From Flavobacteriales bacterium (lineage in GTDB: Bacteria > Bacteroidota > Bacteroidia > Flavobacteriales_F > PHOS-HE28), in NCBI GenBank assembly GCA_016703105.1, contig JADJCS010000020.1:179924-243923 (forward strand): 64,000 bases of DNA, given 5' to 3'. The notes below the pieces were generated by a model. It had not been told where the DNA came from and made no database searches. It saw only the letters and a list, made by a program, of their open reading frames with translations. A program made the translations under genes and the position numbers. Positions 9,784-21,203 of this stretch are shown here, in pieces. Positions within the stretch are counted from its first letter, which is position 1; every line of letters starts with the position of its first letter.

Positions 9784-10337
9784 CAGCATGGCGCGCGTTG
9801 AACGGACTTTGGGAAGGGGAGTGGGATAGCTGGCGCGTGGTGGCACAGGCGGAACACACCTTCCGTCACGGTATGAAGGCCCTTACTCTGCGGGTGGTCG
9901 GTGCCATGGCCGATCCCCATGCGCCCGCCCCGTTCCTCTTCAACCTGCGCGGTACGTATGAGCGGGACCTTTCCGTGGCCACGCCGTTCGCGTTCGAGAC
10001 GATGCGTCCCAACGAGTTCGTCGCCGACCGTTCCATCATGGCGCATGTACGGTTCGGTCTCGGGCCGGTGCTTTGGCGCAGCAAGTACTCCCGCCCCTCG
10101 CTCATGCTCGTTGGCAGCGTTGCGATAGGGGATATGGACCACCCCGAGCTGCATGTGGGCTGGGATATCACTACGCCGAAGCAGGGTTTCTACGAAGTTG
10201 CTGCCCAACTGAACAACCTTTTACGCAGCGGTATCGCGGGTCTTGGCCTTTTGGTGGCTTACAGGTTGGGGCCCTACTCTTTCGGCGCGTTCGAGGACGA
10301 TGTAGCCGCCAAGATCTCCCTGTCCTTGAGCCTTTGA
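9747..10337 (+). CDS. C-terminal continuation (196 aa) of the DUF5686-like gene in a shifted frame (apparent frameshift / possible pseudogene)
   Basis: No independent start context. Joining the two frames at the GGGGGGG tract gives one ~811-aa protein of the expected family size. Confidence 0.55.
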   Translation: MVTDPGGPVVQLTAWRALNGLWEGEWDSWRVVAQAEHTFRHGMKALTLRVVGAMADPHAPAPFLFNLRGTYERDLSVATPFAFETMRPNEFVADRSIMAHVRFGLGPVLWRSKYSRPSLMLVGSVAIGDMDHPELHVGWDITTPKQGFYEVAAQLNNLLRSGIAGLGLLVAYRLGPYSFGAFEDDVAAKISLSLSL

Positions 10338-10385
10338 CCTCGCTTCCGGACCTCCGCCGTGGATCTCGTTCCTTTGTACGGATAG

Positions 10386-10407
10386 GCCCCGGCACGGTCC
10401 GGGGCCT
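10386..10407 (+). terminator. GC hairpin (GGCCCCGG-cacggt-CCGGGGCC) between the DUF5686-like gene and the MMPL gene
   Basis: Perfect 8-bp inverted repeat followed by 'tatttgt'. Confidence 0.35.
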
Positions 10408-10421
10408 ATTTGTCCGATAGC

Positions 10422-12857
10422 ATGTGGGCTTGGCTGGCCAGTAGGATCCTCCGCAATCGTGTCGCCGTTCTGGTGGCTGTTGGTTTGCTCACCGTTTGGT
10501 CGGCGTGGGAGGCCACCCATATCGGCATGGAATACAAACATGGCGGCCTGCTCCCCAAGTCGGATAGTGCGTACGTCGAGTACGGCCGTTTCCTCACCAA
10601 TTTCAGCGAGGACGGCAATGTGCTGGTGATCGGCACCCAGGGTCCCCAGCTTTACACGCCGGCCACCTTCACCGCCTGGCGACAGTTGGGCGATGACCTC
10701 AAGGCCATCGACGGCATCGATTCGGTCTTCAGCGAGGCGCATCTGTTCGAACTGGTCCGCGACGACAGCTTGATGCGTTTCCGGGTGGCACCGGTGGTGA
10801 AAGAAATGCCCAAGGACCAGGGGGCCATGGACTCCTTGCTGGTGCGGATCCGGGCATTGCCCTTCTATCGGGGCCTGCTCTACAACGACAGCACCCAGGC
10901 CAGCCTGATGATGGTGTTCGTGAACGCGGCGCGGTTCAACAGCGCGGAACGAGGCGATGTGGTGGACCGCGTGGCCGATCGTGCCAAGCGGTTCGAGGCG
11001 GAACAGGGACTCGCCGTCCATCTCAGCGGACTTCCCTACATCCGCGTGCGCACCACCGGTATGGTGCAGGCGGAGATGCCCGTGTTCATGGTGTTGAGCA
11101 TGAGCGTTTGCGCCCTGCTGCTGTTCCTGTTCTTCCGCAGTTGGCGCGTGATGATGATCTGCATGGCCGTCGTGGCCATCAGTGTGGTGTGGAGCTTCGG
11201 CGCCATGGGCTTCATGGGCTACCACGTCACCATCCTCATGAGCGTGATCGCCCCCCTGGTGATCGTGACCGGCGTGCCCAACTGCGTGTTCCTCATCAAT
11301 GCGTACCACTATGAGTATGTGCGCCACGGCAACAAGGTGAAGGCGTTGCAACGCGTCATCAGCCGCATCGGTGCGGCCGCTTTCCTCACCAACGCCACCA
11401 CTGCGGTCGGGTTCACCACGTTCTGCTTCACCTACAGCCGCACACTCCAGGAATTCGGGTTGATCGCCACCTTCGGCATCATGGTTCTATGGGCCCTCAG
11501 CTTGCTATTGATCCCTGTGATCTTGAGCTATATGCCCGCACCGAACCCGCGCCATTTGAAGCATTTGGAGCGGCGCTGGTTGGACCTTGCCGTGGAATGG
11601 ATCGTGCGCACCGTACGCGATCGTCGCCCCCTGATCTATGCTGTGACCACCCTTGTGTTCGTTGTGTCCCTCTTCGGTATGTTGCGCTTGCGCGATGAGA
11701 GCCGCATTGTGGACGACCTTCCCAAGGACGATCCCGTGCTTACGGACCTGCGCTTCTTCGAAAAGAACTTCAAAGGCGTGATGCCCCTGGAGATCGTGAT
11801 CGACACGAAGAAGAAGAACGGGGTTTTCCGGGATGCCACGCTGAAACGCATCGATGAGCTGAGTGATTCGCTGGCCGCATACCCCGAGTTCTCCCGTGCG
11901 CTCAGCATCGCCGATGCGGTCAAGTTCACGCGCCAGGCGTTCTACAACGGCGATCCGGCGATGTACGGCCTGCTCACTTCCACGGACAAGACCTTCATCG
12001 CTCCGTACGTAGAGAACCTCGGCTCCAAACAAAGCGTGGCCAAGGCCTTCGTGGACAGTAGCCGCTCCACCACCCGCATGACCGTGCAGATGGCGGATGT
12101 GGGCACGCAACGGATGGAGGTCCTGCTCGCAGAACTGCGGGTGCAAGTGGACAGCATCTTCGAGCCGGACAAGTACGATGTCACCATGACCGGCACCAGT
12201 GTGGTCTTCCTCAAAGGCAGCGGGTATTTGGTGAGCAACCTGGTGATCAGCCTGTTCTGGGCCGTGGTGCTCATCATGGGCATGATGGCGCTCCTGTTCA
12301 ACTCGCTGCGTATTCTGGTGGTCGCGCTCATCCCCAACCTTATTCCTCTGGTGGTCACTGCGGGTCTTATGGGCTTCCTGCACATCCCCATCAAGCCCAG
12401 CACCATCCTCGTATTCGGCATCGCCCTGGGCATCGCGGTGGATAATGCCATCCACTTCCTCGCCCGTTACCGTTTGGAATTGCGACTTACCGGGAACGAC
12501 CTGAAGCGTAGCGTGGACCTCGCAACACGCGAAGTGAGCGTGGGCATCATCTACACGAGCGTGGTGCTGCTCGCTGGCTTCAGCATGTTCGCCTTCTCGC
12601 ATTTCGGCGGGATCCAGGCACTCGGGGTACTTACCACCCTTACACTGCTGGTGGCCATGTTCACCAATTTGCTGGTGCTGCCGTCGCTCTTGATCTCGTT
12701 CAACAAGTCGCTCATGACCAAAGCCTTCCAGGAGCCGTTGCTCGACATCCTCGATGAGGAGGAGGACATCGACCTGATGGAACTGAAGTTGGAGCCCAGC
12801 ATACGCACCCCACGGCCGAAGCCCGACCCCCCCACCGCACACGACGACGACGAATGA
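10422..12857 (+). CDS. MMPL/RND-superfamily exporter (HpnN-like), 12-TM with two large periplasmic loops
   Basis: Two repeated halves, each with a hydrophobic 6-TM block (e.g. '[39 protein letters not shown]' and '[38 protein letters not shown]'), the SSD/MMPL architecture. ATG at 10422 (the track ORF starts at TTG 10410). Confidence 0.85.
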   Translation: MWAWLASRILRNRVAVLVAVGLLTVWSAWEATHIGMEYKHGGLLPKSDSAYVEYGRFLTNFSEDGNVLVIGTQGPQLYTPATFTAWRQLGDDLKAIDGIDSVFSEAHLFELVRDDSLMRFRVAPVVKEMPKDQGAMDSLLVRIRALPFYRGLLYNDSTQASLMMVFVNAARFNSAERGDVVDRVADRAKRFEAEQGLAVHLSGLPYIRVRTTGMVQAEMPVFMVLSMSVCALLLFLFFRSWRVMMICMAVVAISVVWSFGAMGFMGYHVTILMSVIAPLVIVTGVPNCVFLINAYHYEYVRHGNKVKALQRVISRIGAAAFLTNATTAVGFTTFCFTYSRTLQEFGLIATFGIMVLWALSLLLIPVILSYMPAPNPRHLKHLERRWLDLAVEWIVRTVRDRRPLIYAVTTLVFVVSLFGMLRLRDESRIVDDLPKDDPVLTDLRFFEKNFKGVMPLEIVIDTKKKNGVFRDATLKRIDELSDSLAAYPEFSRALSIADAVKFTRQAFYNGDPAMYGLLTSTDKTFIAPYVENLGSKQSVAKAFVDSSRSTTRMTVQMADVGTQRMEVLLAELRVQVDSIFEPDKYDVTMTGTSVVFLKGSGYLVSNLVISLFWAVVLIMGMMALLFNSLRILVVALIPNLIPLVVTAGLMGFLHIPIKPSTILVFGIALGIAVDNAIHFLARYRLELRLTGNDLKRSVDLATREVSVGIIYTSVVLLAGFSMFAFSHFGGIQALGVLTTLTLLVAMFTNLLVLPSLLISFNKSLMTKAFQEPLLDILDEEEDIDLMELKLEPSIRTPRPKPDPPTAHDDDE

Positions 12858-13723
12858 AAGGCATCATCCTGGCCGGTGGTTCCGGCACGCGGTTGCACCC
12901 ATTGACGCTGGCCGTGAGCAAGCAGCTCATGCCCGTGTATGATAAACCGATGATCTACTACCCGCTGAGCACGCTCATGGCCGCGGGCATACGCGACGTG
13001 CTGATGATCAGCACGCCACACGACCTGCCCAGCTTCCGCAAGCTGCTCGGCGATGGCCAGCGGCTCGGCTGTTCTTTTTCTTATGCGGAACAGCAGGTCC
13101 CCAATGGGCTCGCACAAGCCTTCGTGATCGGCCGCGAGTTCGTGGGCGGGGACAGCGTGGCCTTGATCCTCGGCGACAACATTTTCCACGGCAGCGGGCT
13201 GGGCACCAAGCTCATGGACCACTCCCATGTGGAAGGCGGCCTGGTGTTCGCCTACCGCGTGAGCGATCCCGAGCGGTACGGTGTGGTGGAGTTCGATGAT
13301 CACTTCAACGCGAAGAGCATCGAGGAGAAGCCGACAAAGCCCAAGAGCAATTTCGCCGTGCCGGGGCTGTACTTCTATGACAACAGCGTGCTGGATATCG
13401 CCGCGCAGCTGAAGCCCAGCGCGCGTGGGGAATACGAGATCACGGATGTGAACCGCGAATACCTGCGTCAGGGCCGCTTGAAAGTGAACGTTTTGGACCG
13501 GGGTACCGCCTGGCTCGATACCGGCACCTTCGAAAGTCTGATGCAAGCGGGCCAGTACGTACAGGTGATCGAGGAGCGGCAGGGCCGCCGCATCGGCTGT
13601 ATCGAGGAGGTGGCCTTCCGCCGCGGTTTCATCGATGCGGCACGGTTGAAGGTCATCGCGGAACCGTTGCGCAAGAGCGGCTACGGGGAGTATCTCATCG
13701 CCGTGGCCGAAGGCCGTGCTTGA
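12854..13723 (+). CDS. rfbA: Glucose-1-phosphate thymidylyltransferase
   Basis: '[18 protein letters not shown]...[17 protein letters not shown]' is the canonical RfbA/RmlA N-terminus. The start overlaps the MMPL stop (ATGA). Confidence 0.9.
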   Translation: MKGIILAGGSGTRLHPLTLAVSKQLMPVYDKPMIYYPLSTLMAAGIRDVLMISTPHDLPSFRKLLGDGQRLGCSFSYAEQQVPNGLAQAFVIGREFVGGDSVALILGDNIFHGSGLGTKLMDHSHVEGGLVFAYRVSDPERYGVVEFDDHFNAKSIEEKPTKPKSNFAVPGLYFYDNSVLDIAAQLKPSARGEYEITDVNREYLRQGRLKVNVLDRGTAWLDTGTFESLMQAGQYVQVIEERQGRRIGCIEEVAFRRGFIDAARLKVIAEPLRKSGYGEYLIAVAEGRA

Positions 13724-13726
13724 TCG

Positions 13727-14695
13727 ATGGCCGCGCGTACCACCACATCCGCCGACGTTCTTCGTGTGCGCTTCGAGAAACACGCGGAGGTTTGGATCGC
13801 CGCGCTTCCATCGCTGGCCTTGTACGCGCCTATGGCCTACCTCATGCGCCTTCCGGCGAAGCGGGTCCGGCCCGTGGCGGTGCTGATGGGCTGCGAACTC
13901 TTCGGGGGCGAGGTGGAGAGCGCGCTGGACGAGGCGCTCGGCATCGAGCTGTTCCACAACTTCACGTTGATGCACGATGACATCATGGACCAGGCCCCGC
14001 TGCGGCGTGGGCAGCCCACGGTGCATGCGAAGTGGGATGTGAACACCGCCATCCTCAGTGGCGACGCGATGTTGGTGAAGGCCTATCAGCTCATGGGCCG
14101 CCATCCCAAGGTACTCGCCCTGTTCAGCCAGCACGCGCTCGGCGTTTGTGAGGGCCAACAGTTGGATATGGAGTTCGAAACGCGCCACGATGTGGGCGCG
14201 GACGAATACCTGGAGATGATCCGCTTGAAGACCGCTGTGTTGTTGCGTTGTGCCGTGCAGACAGGCGCGCTTGTGGCGGGTGCCTCGGAAGAACAAGCGG
14301 CTCGGCTCGGCACCTTCGGCGAAGAACTAGGACTCGCCTTCCAGTTGCGTGATGATCTCCTCGATGCCTTCGGTGATCCTAAGAAGGTGGGCAAGCAACA
14401 AGGCGGCGATCTGCGTGCGGGCAAGAAGACCTGGATCTTGATCCGCGCGTTGGAGCTGAGCAGCGCCGCCGGCCGATCCGAGTTGCGCGAAGAACTCGCT
14501 CGTTCCTCCTCAGAACGCGATGTGCCACGCATGCTGGGCGTGCTGCACGAACTCGATCTGCCCGCGCTCGCAGCGGGCGAACTGGATCGTCACCACCAGA
14601 AGGCGATGGCCGCGCTCGAGGCGGTCGTGGCACCGGACGATGGCAAGGAGGCGTTGCGTGCGCTAGCGGCTTCGCTCTTGCAGCGGGCGAGCTAG
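13727..14695 (+). CDS. Polyprenyl (isoprenyl) diphosphate synthase family protein
   Basis: First and second Asp-rich motifs 'LMHDDIMD' and 'FQLRDDLLD'. Confidence 0.85.
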   Translation: MAARTTTSADVLRVRFEKHAEVWIAALPSLALYAPMAYLMRLPAKRVRPVAVLMGCELFGGEVESALDEALGIELFHNFTLMHDDIMDQAPLRRGQPTVHAKWDVNTAILSGDAMLVKAYQLMGRHPKVLALFSQHALGVCEGQQLDMEFETRHDVGADEYLEMIRLKTAVLLRCAVQTGALVAGASEEQAARLGTFGEELGLAFQLRDDLLDAFGDPKKVGKQQGGDLRAGKKTWILIRALELSSAAGRSELREELARSSSERDVPRMLGVLHELDLPALAAGELDRHHQKAMAALEAVVAPDDGKEALRALAASLLQRAS

Positions 14696-15606
14696 GCGCG
14701 TTCGGGAACGAACAGGTTGCGCAAGGCCCCTTCGAGCGTTGTATGTGTGCACTGCGTTCCCTTCGCTTGAAGCCGCCCGTTGCTCACCCGGCTTCCCTCC
14801 AACAGCAGGCCCGCGCGTTCACCAAGGATCAGCCACATCACGAAGGTTGGCACAGCGGGCAGGAAGAAGGGCTTTCCCATCACCTGCGCCAGCGTGCGCA
14901 TGAAGGTCCGTTGGTCCGGCTGTTCGTCGGCCGCCACGTTGTAGGCACCGGCCATATGTTCATCGCTCAACGCTCGCTCATAGACGCGGACCAAGTCGTC
15001 GATGTGTACCCACGGGACCCATTGCTTACCGCTGCCCAATGGGGACGCCAACCCCCATCGGGTAAGCAGTGACAATGGCTTCAGTGCGCCACCCTCGCGC
15101 GCAAGTACGATCGGGGTACGCAACTTCACCACACGCGTTACGGGCCGCCAGGCGTCCACGCCTTCTTCCCATGCGGCGCTGATCCGAGCGATCGTATCGT
15201 TCGCCGGTGGATCCTGCTCGCTGAAGATCCGGTCCGTGGTGATCGCGCCATAGTAGCCGATGCCCGCTGCGCTGATGAAGCTCTTCGGCACATGCCCGGT
15301 GCCCTGAGCGATGCGCAACAACAACCGGGCACTATCCGCACGGCTCGCGATCAACTCCTTCACCCGGGTCATCGACCAACGCCGATCGACGATCGGTGCG
15401 CCGGCGAGATGTACGATGTGATCCACGCCACGCAAGGCGCCTTCGTCCATGGTGTTCGCCGCGACATCCCAAAGGAAGGTCCGCACATCCTTTCGGCCGC
15501 CGAGCTTGCGGCTCAACCAACGCACGTCATGTCCGGTCGCCAATAACCTACCTGTAAGCCGCTGACCAATGAGCCCGCTGCCGCCGGTGATCAGGATCGT
15601 CGCCAT
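14692..15606 (-). CDS. TIGR01777/YfcH-type NAD-dependent epimerase/dehydratase family protein (DUF1731 C-terminus)
   Basis: 'MATILITGGSGLIGQRL' Rossmann GxxGxxG motif. Length ~300 aa with the conserved C-terminal extension. Confidence 0.8.
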   Translation of the reverse strand: MATILITGGSGLIGQRLTGRLLATGHDVRWLSRKLGGRKDVRTFLWDVAANTMDEGALRGVDHIVHLAGAPIVDRRWSMTRVKELIASRADSARLLLRIAQGTGHVPKSFISAAGIGYYGAITTDRIFSEQDPPANDTIARISAAWEEGVDAWRPVTRVVKLRTPIVLAREGGALKPLSLLTRWGLASPLGSGKQWVPWVHIDDLVRVYERALSDEHMAGAYNVAADEQPDQRTFMRTLAQVMGKPFFLPAVPTFVMWLILGERAGLLLEGSRVSNGRLQAKGTQCTHTTLEGALRNLFVPERA

Positions 15607-15731
15607 GCGCAAAGGTCAGTGCCTAAGGATCCGTGGTGGCAGTTCATTAACAGGACATTGACAGACCGGGAGATACCTTGTGGAACGCGAAAGGGCGCCA
15701 GGAGGCGCCCTTTCAATGGGTCAAGGAACGC

Positions 15732-16610
15732 TCAGCGCGCGCGCTCGATCGTCTTCAGATCCTCGTCGATGATGCCTTCCTTCTTCCCAAAGATGGCCGC
15801 CTCATCGCGCAGGTACATCAATTCACCAGTGCTGGCGTTGAAGACACGCTTGAAGCTGTGCTTGTTCTTGTGGTCGCCCGTGAGCAGCACGTCGGCCACG
15901 CCTACGCCGGGTTCGCCTTTGATCGCAGCTGCGTTCAATTGCATCAGGTCCATCACCTGCACCTTGTGCGTATAGTTCGCTTTCACCGTGGCCTCATCAG
16001 GTACGCTTTTGTCCAGTTGCTCCTTGGCGATCCATAGGTCCAGGTCATCGCGCAGCAGTCGCTGGCGGCCCTGGTACATGCGGTCAGCGGTGGCGCGGTC
16101 GATCACCTTGCCGCCGCTCACCTGCTTCAGATAGTCCTGTATGTTCTTCACATAGATGTTCATGAAGCCGGCGGTGCCTTGCGTGGCCATCTGTGCGGGA
16201 TCGATCTGGATGTAGGCGAGGTCCTGTGCGTTCGGCAGGTTCACCACAGCATTGTCCGTCACTTCCAGCACTTCGCCTTTCTTCTGCTTCCAGCCCTGCA
16301 TCAACGTCAGGAAGGTGCCCGTGTATTTCTCCGGGTCATTGCGCAGGGTCTTCACCAGGTAGGTCTTGTCCGCCGCGATGGGCTGCGTGGCCAGGTCGTT
16401 CACCGTGATGAAGTCGAACGACTTGGTGAATTTCCAATGCGCTTTGATGGCGTCCATGATCGCCCGGTTGTAGGGGCTGTCACCGGCGTCGAGCACCACC
16501 AGGGTCGTGGTGGTCTGCGCGTTCTTTACGGCGTTGGCATCGAAGGTGCCGTACTGGGCCATTGCGGCCAAGCTCAGCGGAAGGAGACAGGAGAGGAGGA
16601 GGGAACGCAT
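15732..16610 (-). CDS. Hypothetical secreted protein (signal peptide 'MRSLLLSCLLPLSLAAMAQ')
   Basis: Long ORF with protein-like composition and an N-terminal signal peptide; no recognisable domain. Confidence 0.55.
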   Translation of the reverse strand: MRSLLLSCLLPLSLAAMAQYGTFDANAVKNAQTTTTLVVLDAGDSPYNRAIMDAIKAHWKFTKSFDFITVNDLATQPIAADKTYLVKTLRNDPEKYTGTFLTLMQGWKQKKGEVLEVTDNAVVNLPNAQDLAYIQIDPAQMATQGTAGFMNIYVKNIQDYLKQVSGGKVIDRATADRMYQGRQRLLRDDLDLWIAKEQLDKSVPDEATVKANYTHKVQVMDLMQLNAAAIKGEPGVGVADVLLTGDHKNKHSFKRVFNASTGELMYLRDEAAIFGKKEGIIDEDLKTIERAR

Positions 16611-16707
16611 GTTCGGATACCGGATGTTTTTGGATCTTTAACGGTGGCGGCGCGTCGGCGAAAATAGTGCCAGGTCCGGTCCCACCTTTGCGCAACTTCT
16701 TCACAAC

Positions 16708-17073
16708 ATGGATAGCGGCCTGATGGTGCAAGGTGATGGCGAGGTGCGGCGCTACTTGGACCGCGCTGAGATCTTGCGCGACACCGTAGAGCAGCTCCGG
16801 AAAGACCTCGCCCTGAGCCCTGACGAGTTCGCCAGCCCGGAAGTGGGCGACGGGGCCGTCGAGCAGTTGCGGGCCGGGGTGCTCGGCCATTTGGAAGCAT
16901 GGCAGGTGCGGCTCCCCGCGGCTTTCGCAAGGGCGGTCAACCGGGTGGACCTCACGGAACGCATGGTGGATGAGGCCATGGCCCGGGGCGGCCTGAGCGA
17001 ATTGGCCGGTGTCATGGTGCAACGCTGCCTTTTGAAAGTGTTGTTGCGGAAGCGGTTCGCGGGGAAGGGATAG
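16708..17073 (+). CDS. Small hypothetical protein (121 aa) in the sucA upstream region
   Basis: ORF only. Composition is plausible for a cytosolic protein, but there is no homology evidence. Confidence 0.3.
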   Translation: MDSGLMVQGDGEVRRYLDRAEILRDTVEQLRKDLALSPDEFASPEVGDGAVEQLRAGVLGHLEAWQVRLPAAFARAVNRVDLTERMVDEAMARGGLSELAGVMVQRCLLKVLLRKRFAGKG

Positions 17074-17173
17074 CATGCCCTTCACCGCCACGGCGGTTAG
17101 TCGGTGGCTGTGCATTTCTCCACGCCTCCGGGCCTCCGTGTAAGCTACCCCGCCTTCTACCTTCGCACACCGA

Positions 17174-19945
17174 ATGGACAAGTACTCCTACCTGAGCAAC
17201 GTCGACAGCGCATGGCTTGACGACCTGCACCAGCAATATCAGAAGGACCCCGCTAGCGTCGAGACCGGCTGGGCGCGCTTCTTCGAAGGCTTCGAGTTCG
17301 CCAAGTCGTTGGAGGGGGATGCGCCCTTGAGCGCTTCATCCGCAGCACCCGCACCCGGCAGCAACGAGCGCTTCGAGAAGGAATTCCGCGTGCTGGAGCT
17401 GATCAACGCTTATCGCACGCGCGGGCATCTCTTCACTCGCACCAACCCCGTCCGCGACCGCCGCAAGTACAGCCCAACGCTCGACCTGGTGAACCACGGC
17501 TTGAGCGATGCCGATCTGGACACCGTTTTCTCTGCGGGCAATGAGGTCGGTTTGGGTCCGGTGAAGCTGCGCGAGATCCTGGCTCTGTTGGAGCAGACCT
17601 ATTGCCAAAGCGTGGGTGTGGAGTTCAAGTTCATCCGCGACCCGGAGAAGTTGAAGTGGATGCAGGAGCGCATGGAAGGCTCGCGCAACACGCCGAACTT
17701 TTCACTCGACCAGAAGAAGGAGATCCTGGAGAAACTGAACGAGGCGGTCGTCTTCGAGAAGTTCCTCGGCAAGAAGTTCATCGGTGCCAAGCGCTTCAGC
17801 ATCGAAGGGGCCGAAGCGTTGATCCCAGCGTTGGACACGGTGATCGAGCACGGTGCGGAACTCGGCATCACGGAGTACGTGATCGGCATGGCCCATCGCG
17901 GTCGACTGAACGTACTGGCCAACACCTTGCGCAAGAGCTACGACCAGATCTTCAGCGAATTCGACGGCAAGGATTACGAGGACGCGTTGGTGGAGGGCGA
18001 TGTGAAATACCACATGGGCTACAGCAGCCTCGTGAAGACCAACACCGGCAAGGAAGTACGCCTCACGCTCGCACCCAACCCCAGCCACTTGGAAACGGTG
18101 GGTCCGATCATGCAGGGGATCTCACGGGCGATCATCGAGCATGACGACAACTTCGCCAAAGGCATCACCGCACCGATCCTCATCCACGGCGATGCCGCCG
18201 TGGCAGCGCAGGGTGTTGTTTACGAAGTGGTGCAGATGGCCGGGCTGAAGGCCTACGAGGTCGGCGGCACCATCCACATCGTGGTGAACAACCAGGTCGG
18301 CTTCACCACCAACTACATCGATGCGCGCACCAGCACGTATTGCACCGACGTGGCGAAGACCACGCTTTGTCCGGTGTTCCACGTCAACGGCGATGATGCG
18401 GAAGCGGTGGCCTACACCGTGAAGCTCGCGATGGATTTCCGGCAGAAGTACGGGCAGGATGTATGGGTGGATATCCTCTGCTACCGCAAGCACGGCCACA
18501 ACGAAGGCGATGAACCGAAGTTCACGCAACCCTTGCTGTACAAGGCGATCGCGGCGCACCCCGATCCGCGCGAGATCTACACGCAGAAGCTCATCGACAG
18601 CGGCGTGGAAGGGGCACGCGAGATGGCACAGGAGATGGAACGGTCGTTCACCGAGATGCTGGATGCCCGACTCACGGAAGCCAAGCAACAGCGTGTGGGC
18701 AAGATCACCAACTTCCTCGAGGAACGTTGGAAAGGCTTCGAGCGTGCGGAAGAAGGGGACTTTGCGAAGTCGCCGACCACTGGCGTGAAGATGGAGACGC
18801 TGAAATTGATCGGCGAAAAATTGAGCGCGATCCCCGAGGGGAAGAAGTTCTTCAGCAAACTGGAGAAGATCCTCGGCGACCGCAAACGTATGATGGCCGA
18901 GGAAACGCTGGACTGGAGCATGTGCGAACTGCTCGCGTACGGCTCATTGCTCGTGGAAGGACACCCTGTGCGGTTCACTGGTCAGGACGTGGAACGCGGC
19001 ACCTTCAGCCATCGCCATGCGGTGGTGCGCATGGAGGACAGCGAGGAGGAGTTCATCCACCTCAAGCACATCCAGGAGGGGCAGGCGCTGTTGCAGATCT
19101 ACAACTCACTGCTGAGCGAATACGCGGTGGTGGGCTTCGAGTACGGCTACGCGCTCACCAACCCGCAAACGCTCACCATCTGGGAAGCCCAGTTCGGCGA
19201 TTTCGTCAACGGCGCGCAGATCGTCCTCGATCAATACCTGTGCTGCGCCGAAGAGAAGTGGAATACGCAGAACGGCATTGTGCTCTTGCTTCCGCATGGC
19301 TACGAAGGCCAAGGCGCGGAGCACAGCAGCGCTCGCATGGAACGTTTCCTCCAGAGCTGTGCCGACGGCAACATGGTCGTGGTGAACTGCACCACACCGG
19401 CGAACTTCTTCCACGCGTTGCGCCGACAGCTCGCTTGGAACTTCCGCAAGCCGATGGTGGTCTTCACGCCGAAGAGCTTGTTGCGCCATCCGAAGTGCGT
19501 GAGCAAATTGGATGATCTGTCTAACTGTGGTTTCCAAGAGCTGATCGATGATGCCGGTGCCGATCCGAAGGATGTGAAGACCGTGATCTTCACCCAGGGC
19601 AAGATCCACTACGAGCTTGCGGAACACCGCGAGAAGAACGCCATCACCGATACCGCGCTCGTGCGCATCGAACAACTGCATCCGCTCCCTGCGGACCAGA
19701 TGCGCGCTGTGATCAAGAAGTACGCGAAGGCTGATCGCTACCTCTGGGTGCAGGAGGAGCCACTGAACATGGGCGCATGGAGCTACATGGCTATGCACTT
19801 CAATGATGTGAAGTGGGAGGTGATCGCACGTCCTGCGAGCGGCGCTCCCGCCACGGGCAGCAGCAAGCGTAGCGCGAACCAGCAGATCGCGATCATCGAG
19901 AAGGCGTTCAGCAAGTCAACATCCAACACCAAGGTGAAGGCGTAG
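17174..19945 (+). CDS. sucA: 2-oxoglutarate dehydrogenase E1 component
   Basis: 923 aa. 'RGHLFTRTNPV', 'GMAHRGRLNVLAN' (ThDP-binding) and 'FHVNGDDAEAV' are all characteristic of OGDH E1. Confidence 0.95.
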   Translation: MDKYSYLSNVDSAWLDDLHQQYQKDPASVETGWARFFEGFEFAKSLEGDAPLSASSAAPAPGSNERFEKEFRVLELINAYRTRGHLFTRTNPVRDRRKYSPTLDLVNHGLSDADLDTVFSAGNEVGLGPVKLREILALLEQTYCQSVGVEFKFIRDPEKLKWMQERMEGSRNTPNFSLDQKKEILEKLNEAVVFEKFLGKKFIGAKRFSIEGAEALIPALDTVIEHGAELGITEYVIGMAHRGRLNVLANTLRKSYDQIFSEFDGKDYEDALVEGDVKYHMGYSSLVKTNTGKEVRLTLAPNPSHLETVGPIMQGISRAIIEHDDNFAKGITAPILIHGDAAVAAQGVVYEVVQMAGLKAYEVGGTIHIVVNNQVGFTTNYIDARTSTYCTDVAKTTLCPVFHVNGDDAEAVAYTVKLAMDFRQKYGQDVWVDILCYRKHGHNEGDEPKFTQPLLYKAIAAHPDPREIYTQKLIDSGVEGAREMAQEMERSFTEMLDARLTEAKQQRVGKITNFLEERWKGFERAEEGDFAKSPTTGVKMETLKLIGEKLSAIPEGKKFFSKLEKILGDRKRMMAEETLDWSMCELLAYGSLLVEGHPVRFTGQDVERGTFSHRHAVVRMEDSEEEFIHLKHIQEGQALLQIYNSLLSEYAVVGFEYGYALTNPQTLTIWEAQFGDFVNGAQIVLDQYLCCAEEKWNTQNGIVLLLPHGYEGQGAEHSSARMERFLQSCADGNMVVVNCTTPANFFHALRRQLAWNFRKPMVVFTPKSLLRHPKCVSKLDDLSNCGFQELIDDAGADPKDVKTVIFTQGKIHYELAEHREKNAITDTALVRIEQLHPLPADQMRAVIKKYAKADRYLWVQEEPLNMGAWSYMAMHFNDVKWEVIARPASGAPATGSSKRSANQQIAIIEKAFSKSTSNTKVKA

Positions 19946-19990
19946 CCGCTCTTTCACTCTCGCACCCTTTCACTCTCTCACTCTCCCCCA

Positions 19991-20272
19991 ATGGCACTCA
20001 TCGACATCAAGGTTCCCAGTCCCGGCGAAAGCATCAGCGAAGTGCGCATTGCGCGTTGGCTCGTGAAGGACGGCGATGTGGTGAGCAAGGACCAGGTGCT
20101 CGGTGAGATCGACAGCGACAAGGCCACCTTGGAGTTGAGCGCTGAAGCCGAAGGCAAAGTGCAACTGCTCGCCAAGGAGGACCAGACCGTGAACGTCGGT
20201 GATGTGGTGGTGAGGATCGATACGGCTAACCGCTGCGCACGCTACCCCCGTAGCCAAGGCGATGCTCGATGA
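19991..20272 (+). CDS. sucB: Dihydrolipoyllysine-residue succinyltransferase (E2), N-terminal lipoyl domain fragment. The frame breaks near 20229-20232 and continues in ORF 20262..21131.
   Basis: Lipoyl domain '[35 protein letters not shown]'. The other frame, from ~20214, reads '[37 protein letters not shown]' (linker plus E3-binding domain). Confidence 0.8.
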   Translation: MALIDIKVPSPGESISEVRIARWLVKDGDVVSKDQVLGEIDSDKATLELSAEAEGKVQLLAKEDQTVNVGDVVVRIDTANRCARYPRSQGDAR

Positions 20273-21131
20273 CAAGGGCGTGAGCGCTGATAAAGTGAAG
20301 GGCAGTGGTCCCAACGGACGCATCACGAAGAGCGATGTCGCCGCTTATGTATCCGGTGGTGTGAGCGCCGATGCGATCGCCATGAACGGCTGGGGTGGAA
20401 AGCGCGACCAGAACCGCGTGAAGATGACCACGCTGCGCAAAAAGGTCGCTGAGCGCTTGGTCGCGGTGAAGAACCAGACCGCCATGCTCACCACCTTCAA
20501 CGAGGTGGACATGAGCGCTGTGATGACCCTGCGCGATAAGTACAAGGACAAGTTCAAGGAGCAGCACGGCGTGGGCCTCGGCTTCATGAGCTTCTTCACG
20601 AAGGCGGTTACCGAAGCGCTCCGCCTCTTCCCTCAAGTGAACGCGCACATCGACGGCGAGGAGATGATGATGCACGACTACGCCGACATCGGCATCGCGG
20701 TCAGCTCACCGAAAGGCCTGATGGTGCCCGTGGTGCGCAACGCCGAGAAGCTTTCGCTCGCGGAGATCGAATCGAAGATCAAGGAGCTCGCGGTGAAGGC
20801 CCGGGACGGCAAGCTCAGCATCGACGAGATGACCGGCGGCACCTTCACCATCACCAATGGTGGTGTGTTCGGCAGCATGCTCAGCACGCCGATCCTCAAT
20901 CCGCCGCAGAGCGCCATACTCGGCATGCACAACATCGTGGAGCGGCCCGTTGCTGTGAACGGCCAGGTCGTCATCCGCCCCATCATGTACGTAGCGCTCA
21001 GCTACGATCACCGCATCATCGACGGCAAGGAGAGCGTGAGCTTCCTGATGGCCGTGAAGCAGATGATCGAGGATCCGGACAAGATGGTCTTCGGCGGGAA
21101 GGATCCGGGGGAGGTGTTGTTGGGATTGTAG
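20262..21131 (+). CDS. sucB: E2 succinyltransferase, E3-binding plus catalytic domain (C-terminal 289 aa) of the frameshifted sucB
   Basis: Catalytic motif '[17 protein letters not shown]' (DHRxxDG active site); peripheral-subunit-binding domain at the N-terminus. Confidence 0.85.
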   Translation: MLDDKGVSADKVKGSGPNGRITKSDVAAYVSGGVSADAIAMNGWGGKRDQNRVKMTTLRKKVAERLVAVKNQTAMLTTFNEVDMSAVMTLRDKYKDKFKEQHGVGLGFMSFFTKAVTEALRLFPQVNAHIDGEEMMMHDYADIGIAVSSPKGLMVPVVRNAEKLSLAEIESKIKELAVKARDGKLSIDEMTGGTFTITNGGVFGSMLSTPILNPPQSAILGMHNIVERPVAVNGQVVIRPIMYVALSYDHRIIDGKESVSFLMAVKQMIEDPDKMVFGGKDPGEVLLGL

Positions 21132-21203
21132 CGGCGATAGGGGACAGCCCATCTGTTGCTATCCGAGCGTTCCGTCGAGTTGCTCAAACGCACGGGCGAT
21201 CGA

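Noticed and set aside
16480-17181. 233-aa minus-strand ORF in the sucA upstream region
   Set aside because: It overlaps the more plausible + strand small ORF and runs into the sucA start. Its composition (Arg/Pro/Gly/His-rich) is typical of a spurious high-GC ORF.
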